Assembly: GCA_947626655.1 (NCBI GenBank)
Contig: CANQTA010000003.1
Span: 1 to 55,366, forward strand
From: an uncultured Bacilli bacterium
Lineage (GTDB): Bacteria; Bacillota_I; Bacilli_A; RF39; UBA660
DNA: 55,366 nucleotides
Direction: 5' to 3'
Below are positions 49,843 to 55,366 of the stretch, in pieces. A program made the position numbers and the translations under genes. Numbering within the stretch: the stretch's first letter is position 1; the number at the start of each line of letters is the position of its first letter. A model generated the notes under the pieces. It had not been told where the DNA came from and did not search any database. It was given only the letters and a program-made list of their open reading frames with translations.

Positions 49843-50772
49843 TTATTTTGAAACAATAAAATAAGCATAATATTCTTCATAAGTAATATCGTGTTCTTTG
49901 ATATAAGTGGCAACTTCTACACCTACATAACGATAATGCCATGGTTCAAATTTATATCCAGTTAAATATTCTTTATCTTTTGGATATCTTAAAATAAAAC
50001 CAAATTTATGAGCATTATTATTTAACCAAGCAAATTCTTTGCTGTTTTCAAAATGAGCTTTTGAGGAAGCGGTATTTAAATCGGTTGCTAAACCGGTTTG
50101 ATGTTCAGATGAACCTGGGCGAGCTGAATAACGGTCGGCAGCACTGGCACCATCTCTTTTTACATAATTATTATATAAAGTGTCTTGAGTTTGGTAACTA
50201 CGATAACTAGAAACATCATATAATATAATGTTATCAAGTAAAGCAGCATTTATCATTTTTACTAAATTATCATAGGCTTCGGGATGCATTTTTTTAGTGC
50301 TAGCATGGGAATATTGTGAATCCATTTCAACTAATTCAGGAACATAGTTATTATTTAAAGTATAAAATTTATTTACTAATATTAAAGTTCCAGTTTCTAG
50401 ATTGCTAGCTTCAGTATTAGTATAAAATTCTTTATCAATATTACAATTGACTTCGGTAACAACATCTTTATAAGATTTTTGGGGATATTTTTGAGCATAA
50501 TCCAAATATCTTTGATAGTTTCTTTCCAAATAATATTCTTGATTTCTTAAATTAGCTGTAATTTCATATTCACTTCTTTCTGGTTCTTGATTATCTTCTT
50601 TTGGTGGGTTATTTTCATCATTTATTGGTATTTGGGGCTTAGACTTAGTAGTTGTAATATTAACATTTTGATAAGTGATGAAATAACTAAAACTAATAAC
50701 AATAAATAATATGATTAAAAAAACAAGAATAAAACCATAAAAATAAATTTTCTTTTTTTTACTACTAGTCAT
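49843..50772 (-). CDS. M15B D,D-carboxypeptidase (VanY/DacB-like)
   Basis: LVNK, SSYRSY..Q, SARPG.SEHQTGLA.D, GFILRYP, EPWHYRYVG. Confidence 0.93.
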   Translation of the reverse strand: MTSSKKKKIYFYGFILVFLIILFIVISFSYFITYQNVNITTTKSKPQIPINDENNPPKEDNQEPERSEYEITANLRNQEYYLERNYQRYLDYAQKYPQKSYKDVVTEVNCNIDKEFYTNTEASNLETGTLILVNKFYTLNNNYVPELVEMDSQYSHASTKKMHPEAYDNLVKMINAALLDNIILYDVSSYRSYQTQDTLYNNYVKRDGASAADRYSARPGSSEHQTGLATDLNTASSKAHFENSKEFAWLNNNAHKFGFILRYPKDKEYLTGYKFEPWHYRYVGVEVATYIKEHDITYEEYYAYFIVSK

Positions 50773-50781
50773 TTAAACCTC

Positions 50782-52278
50782 TTATTTTTTTAATAGAATA
50801 TCGGTTTCTTTCATTTCTTCAGGAATAGCTATATCCATATATTCTAAAATCGTTGGAGCAACCATAGTTAGATCGCCATTTTCTTTTAATTTAACTTGTT
50901 TATCTAATAAAATAAAAGGAACTTTACTTAAAGTATGGGTAGTAACTTTATTACCATTAGCATCAAGCATAATATCAGCATTGCCGTGGTCAGCTAAAAT
51001 TATAACCTTATAAAAATTTTCATCGGCTTTTTCGATTATTTTTTTAAGACAAATATCTACAGCCATACAAGCACTAACCGTGGCATCAAAATTACCAGTA
51101 TGACCGACCATATCGGGATTAGCAAAATTGACTAGAATAAAATCATAATCTTGCATCATACACTCAATAGTTTTTTTGGTAACTTCAACGGCACTCATTT
51201 CAGGTTTTAAATCATAGGTAGCAACATGAGGGGATGGAATATGGAAAGTATTGCATTTAGGAATTTTACCGAGAAATCCACCATCAAAAAAGTAAGTAAC
51301 ATGAGGGTATTTTTCAGTCTCAGCAATACGAGCTTGGGTTAAATCAAGCTTTGATAAATAAATACCTAAAGGATTAGTGATAACGGGTTCAGGAATAAAA
51401 TTATTAGTGGGTATTTCTTTATCAATTGGTAAAAAACTATAAACTTCTAAATTATGCATATCATAAGTATTAAATTCTTTAAATTCAGGATCTACAAATG
51501 TTCTTAAAATTTGTTTAGCACGATCAGCACGATAATTCATCCATATTAAGGCATCGCCATTTTTGATTAAGCCTTTTCTATTTACTAAGATAGGATTAAT
51601 AAATTCATCAGTAATATTTTTTTCATACATCTTATTAATAATACCGCTTATATTAGTAGTTTCAATACCATAGCCTTTTGTTACTAAATCATAATATTTT
51701 AGAGTTCTATCATAATGTTTATCACGATCCATTGCATAATAACGACCACAGATAGTAGCAATATCACCGATTTGATGTTCAGATATAAGGGTTTGAATTT
51801 GGTTTAGATAATTAAGAGAGGAATGAACAGAAGTATCACGGCCATCAGTTATTAAATGAAAATGAATTTTAGTAAAACCATTTTTGATTAATAATAAATA
51901 CATATTTATAAAATCATCAATTCCAGCATGAACATTGCCATCACTGCAAAGGCCCATGATATGAATATCTTTGGTTTTATTTTGTAAAAGTTTTTGAAAG
52001 ATTGGATTATCTAATACATTACTAGTTAAAAATTCATCTACTAAAGTTTCATTTTGTTTTAAAAGTCGACCAGCTCCAATGGTAGAATGACCAGTTTCAC
52101 TATTACCAAATTGCCCTTTATGAAGGCCTACTGGTTCTTCAGATGCACTTAATATAGAATGAGGATATTCATTCCATAGAGTTTGAAATGTTTGCATATT
52201 AGCTTTCTTAATGGCATTACCATATTCTTCATCTCTTAAACCAAACCCATCTAAAATAATTGTTAATATTTTTTTCAT
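50782..52278 (-). CDS. gpmI: 2,3-bisphosphoglycerate-independent phosphoglycerate mutase
   Basis: ILDGFG, GNSE.GH, DGRD, GRYYAMDRD, ANPDMVGHTG, ADHGN. Confidence 0.98.
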   Translation of the reverse strand: MKKILTIILDGFGLRDEEYGNAIKKANMQTFQTLWNEYPHSILSASEEPVGLHKGQFGNSETGHSTIGAGRLLKQNETLVDEFLTSNVLDNPIFQKLLQNKTKDIHIMGLCSDGNVHAGIDDFINMYLLLIKNGFTKIHFHLITDGRDTSVHSSLNYLNQIQTLISEHQIGDIATICGRYYAMDRDKHYDRTLKYYDLVTKGYGIETTNISGIINKMYEKNITDEFINPILVNRKGLIKNGDALIWMNYRADRAKQILRTFVDPEFKEFNTYDMHNLEVYSFLPIDKEIPTNNFIPEPVITNPLGIYLSKLDLTQARIAETEKYPHVTYFFDGGFLGKIPKCNTFHIPSPHVATYDLKPEMSAVEVTKKTIECMMQDYDFILVNFANPDMVGHTGNFDATVSACMAVDICLKKIIEKADENFYKVIILADHGNADIMLDANGNKVTTHTLSKVPFILLDKQVKLKENGDLTMVAPTILEYMDIAIPEEMKETDILLKK

Positions 52279-52326
52279 TTAGTTTCACCTTTTTCTAATA
52301 TAACATACTTAAATTAAAAATACAAA

Positions 52327-52806
52327 TTAGTCTTTATTAATTATATATTGAAATTCCTGTTTAGCGAGTAAATCTAAAACTATTTTTGGACGGATATCCT
52401 TATCTTTTAAATCTTCAATATCAAACCAATGGAAGGTAATATGATTTTGATGTTTTTTTTCAATAGTGGAAAATACCTCTTCTTGATATAAGCTTTTATC
52501 TTGAAATTCTAATTCATGGACTATTAAAATTTCATGATAATTTTGCCCATTATAAGACGATTTAAAGAAATTTTCAATTAAAGCAATGCTTTTTTTATGA
52601 ATTGTATCAATACCTGTTTCTTCTTTAAATTCACGGATGGCAGCTTGAACTGAAGTTTCACCTAAACTAACACGACCACCAATAAAAACTAAAAAAGGTA
52701 CTAAAGTATTGACTTGTAAAAGAATATCATTATTTCTTCTTATAATAACAGCAACTCGATAATTAAATGACTCATTACCTATTTCATAATAAATATCTTC
52801 TTTCAA
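52327..52806 (-). CDS. NUDIX hydrolase
   Basis: GG.V..GETS..AAIREFKEETG Nudix box. Confidence 0.92.
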   Translation of the reverse strand: MKEDIYYEIGNESFNYRVAVIIRRNNDILLQVNTLVPFLVFIGGRVSLGETSVQAAIREFKEETGIDTIHKKSIALIENFFKSSYNGQNYHEILIVHELEFQDKSLYQEEVFSTIEKKHQNHITFHWFDIEDLKDKDIRPKIVLDLLAKQEFQYIINKD

Positions 52807-52865
52807 GGATTACCACCTATTAATCATTATAATACTTTTTTGAAATTTAAAAAAGAGCCTTAGCT

Positions 52866-53627
52866 CTAATTATAGATTAAATTATTTTGAACTTTTAACC
52901 GATCAGCAATAGTTGTTAAATATTCAGAATTAGTAGGTTTATCACGATTAACATTAATACTATTACCAAAAATATCTTCCATTAAATTGATATCTCCTCT
53001 TGTCCAACTAACTTCAATAGCATGCCTTATAGCTCTTTCAACTCTCGTCGGAGTGGTATGAAATTTTTTAGCTATTTCCGGATAGACATCTTTAGTAATA
53101 TAAGAAATTACGTTATTATTGCGATAAACTATTAAAATGCCTTCTTTTATATATTGATAACCACGAATATGAGATGGAATACCTAAATTATGTAATAAAT
53201 CAGTAATGTAGGCTTCTTGTTCAAATATTCGAGCTGATTTAGTATTATATTTTATACCAACTGATAATATTCTTTTTTCTAAACTCATAAAGTTAATGGG
53301 TTTTAACATATAATAATCAATGCCATAATTGTTGGCTTCTTCTAAAATGGCTTCATCTTTAAAATTTGTGGTGATAATAATATTCTTTTGAATTTTTCTT
53401 TTGTTAATTTCACTAAGGATAAATAAACCATCTAGGCGAGGTAAAATAAGATCCATTACAATTACATCAAATTCATTTTCATGATTAATGATATAACTTA
53501 GTCCTTCTTCACCATCTTTTTTACAAGCTACTACTTTAATTACTTCGTGACTGCTGAAATACTTCTCAATGTCTTTAGTTAAAGATTCATTATTATCAAT
53601 AACTAAAACGTTAATGCTGTTTTTCAT
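52866..53627 (-). CDS. spo0A: Sporulation transcription factor Spo0A (start likely ATG 53627)
   Basis: Receiver domain (MDLILP.LDG, LKP) plus LGIPSHIRGYQY..., ITKDVYPEIAKKF.TTPTRVERAIRHAIEVSW.RG, KPTNSE; SD AGAGGAG. Confidence 0.96.
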   Translation of the reverse strand: MKNSINVLVIDNNESLTKDIEKYFSSHEVIKVVACKKDGEEGLSYIINHENEFDVIVMDLILPRLDGLFILSEINKRKIQKNIIITTNFKDEAILEEANNYGIDYYMLKPINFMSLEKRILSVGIKYNTKSARIFEQEAYITDLLHNLGIPSHIRGYQYIKEGILIVYRNNNVISYITKDVYPEIAKKFHTTPTRVERAIRHAIEVSWTRGDINLMEDIFGNSINVNRDKPTNSEYLTTIADRLKVQNNLIYN

Positions 53628-53687
53628 TTTTCTATTCTCCTCTTTTAAAATATTATGTACTGCTTGTGTATTCATTATAAAAGATTA

Positions 53688-53760
53688 TTTGACAAAAATC
53701 TAGAGTAATTATTGACAAGTTTTGTCTATTTACGTCAAACGTTGTTGATTTTTGTCGAAA
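53688..53760. promoter_or_regulatory. Spo0A boxes upstream of spo0A (likely autoregulation)
   Basis: Perfect TTTGTCGAAA at 53751-53760, with near matches TTTGACA (53688-94) and ATTGACA (53711-17). Confidence 0.6.
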
Positions 53761-53827
53761 AAGATAGATAAAGATTAAAAAACAAGTAATTTCTTACTTA
53801 TTCTATAAATAATAAAGTTTTTTGACT

Positions 53828-54985
53828 TTATTTTTCAGTATCATTATTTTTAATGTATTCTAAAGCTGCTAATTTTTTATAAGCCACATATTCCAAAGTT
53901 GCACCACCACCACTAGAAATATAAGTGTAATTATTTTCTTTATTAAATTTATGAACCGAAGCACCCGTATCACCACCACCGATGTAAACAGCAGCAGTAG
54001 TTTTTTGTAAATCATTTAGTAATTTTTTAGTTCCTATTTCATAACCTGATTCTTCATATTTACCACAGGTACCATTAAAGAAAATAATTTTAGCATTAGC
54101 AATTATATCATTTAAATTAATAACATTGTCTAATATAATATCGTCATCTTCGATTTCTTCAATTGATATTTGAACTGGAGTATTATGCCTTTTAACTATA
54201 AAACAATTACTATAAATAACTTTATCAGCATTTGTTTTTAAAATTTCTAATACTTTTACTAATACTTCGGCTTTTTTGCTAGCGATACTTTTACCAATAT
54301 TATAACCATTTACTTTTAAATAAGTATTTAGTATTCCACCAGTTAAAATTAATTTATCACATCTTTGAAGCATACTTTCTATGATTGTTATTTTATCATC
54401 AATTTTAGCACCACCCATAATAACTACAAAAGGAGATGGAGTATTATTTATTAATGGAGATAGTTTTTTTAATTCTTCTTCAACTAATAAACCCAAGTAC
54501 GTTGGTAAAAAAGTACTAATACCTGCTGTTGAAGTATGCAAGCGATGAAGGGAAGCAAAAGCATCCATTACAAACGCATCAGCAAAATCACTCCAATATT
54601 TAGCTAAATTTAGATCATTAACAGATTCTTTTGGGGTTGGTACATCAGTAAATCTAGTATTTTCAATTAAAAAACATTTTTTAGAAGAAGAATTTATTTT
54701 ACTTAAATCTAAGGGATTGGAAATAAATTCAAGATCTAATATTTTCTTTAAATATTCATATACCGGTTTTAATGTATTTTTCTTTTTGTCTTTTTCATTT
54801 TCAATGCGACCAAAATGACTTAAAATAATCACTGTATTATTATTCTTTAATAATAAGTTAATTGTTTTTAAACTACTTTTAATTTTGGCATCATCACATA
54901 TAATGTTATTTTTTATAGGTACATTAAAATCACATCTTAATAATACTTTTTTATCCTTAATTATTTCTTCACTTAAATACTTCAT
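53828..54985 (-). CDS. pgk: Phosphoglycerate kinase
   Basis: R.DFNVP, SH.GR, ENTRF, DAF...HR, GGAK..DK, GGGDT, ISSGGGA.LE. Confidence 0.97.
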   Translation of the reverse strand: MKYLSEEIIKDKKVLLRCDFNVPIKNNIICDDAKIKSSLKTINLLLKNNNTVIILSHFGRIENEKDKKKNTLKPVYEYLKKILDLEFISNPLDLSKINSSSKKCFLIENTRFTDVPTPKESVNDLNLAKYWSDFADAFVMDAFASLHRLHTSTAGISTFLPTYLGLLVEEELKKLSPLINNTPSPFVVIMGGAKIDDKITIIESMLQRCDKLILTGGILNTYLKVNGYNIGKSIASKKAEVLVKVLEILKTNADKVIYSNCFIVKRHNTPVQISIEEIEDDDIILDNVINLNDIIANAKIIFFNGTCGKYEESGYEIGTKKLLNDLQKTTAAVYIGGGDTGASVHKFNKENNYTYISSGGGATLEYVAYKKLAALEYIKNNDTEK

Positions 54986-55081
54986 AAATATCTACCATTT
55001 TTATTTTATACTAGTATTCTGGAAAAATAAATGAAAAATAAAAAGATATTAACAATATATTAACATCTTTCTTTTAATATG

Positions 55082-55366
55082 TTATTCATATGCAATAACT
55101 GTACTATTATTATTTTCACCTAAAGCTTCTTGAAGTCTTGCTTTGACCCAATCTACTTGGGATGATTCGGTATAGACAGTTATGTTGTTTGGAACTGCTA
55201 AGTATTTTAATGGTATACCATCATCACGAGTTGCATCTCCTCCAAACATGGCATCATACTTTTGTCTATCATTTAATAAATTATACGATGCTTTTGGTAA
55301 TTTTAATTCTATTAAATTTGTATCATTTGCAAACATCCTTGATATATCTTCTATTTTAGATAAATT
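55082..55366 (-). CDS. DUF285/BspA LRR surface protein, copy C (3' end only; runs off the window)
   Basis: Open frame to the edge: NLSKIEDISRMFANDTNLIELKLPKASYN...AMFGGD...ITVYTESSQVDWVKARLQEALGENNNSTVIAYE, the same C-cap as copies A and B. Confidence 0.92.
   Translation of the reverse strand, partial: NLSKIEDISRMFANDTNLIELKLPKASYNLLNDRQKYDAMFGGDATRDDGIPLKYLAVPNNITVYTESSQVDWVKARLQEALGENNNSTVIAYE

Noticed and set aside
1-55366. tRNA/rRNA genes or a prophage
   Set aside because: No cloverleaf or rRNA-like GC-rich tracts were seen, and the XRE genes have no integrase or phage structural neighbours.

Overview
This is an AT-rich chromosomal segment of a reduced-genome Bacilli/Firmicutes organism. 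It looks RF39-like, which is an inference from its gene content. It uses the standard code: TGA is a stop and Trp is TGG. Almost all genes lie on the minus strand. The backbone is housekeeping: the S10-spc-alpha ribosomal cluster (rpmD/L30 absent), parAB-ychF-rpsF-ssb-rpsR-rplI-dnaB, ftsEX with an M23 hydrolase, yvcK-whiA-truA-rplM-rpsI, pgk and gpmI. It also carries the sporulation genes spo0A and gerQ. The most interesting element is a dispersed three-member family of roughly 830-850 aa surface proteins: copy A at 694-3240 (internal TAA), copy B at 16124-18598 (intact), and copy C from 55082 to the window end (partial). The two full-length copies have a SipW/TasA-type signal peptide, a conserved N-domain and 16-17 variable DUF285/BspA LRR-like repeats; all three share a conserved C-cap carrying a hypervariable loop with mosaic sequence. 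Copies A and B each sit head-to-head with their own XRE regulator; copy B has three visible 18-bp operators. Both are followed by a shared 24-bp palindrome and lie near Spo0A-box-like motifs. Other notable points are an intact but catalytically dead EcfA/EcfA' pair without EcfT, loss of walRK from its usual locus, an Rpn nuclease with a candidate internal antitoxin start and Spo0A boxes, and palindrome arrays at the left end. All assignments come from reading motifs by eye; no database searches were run.
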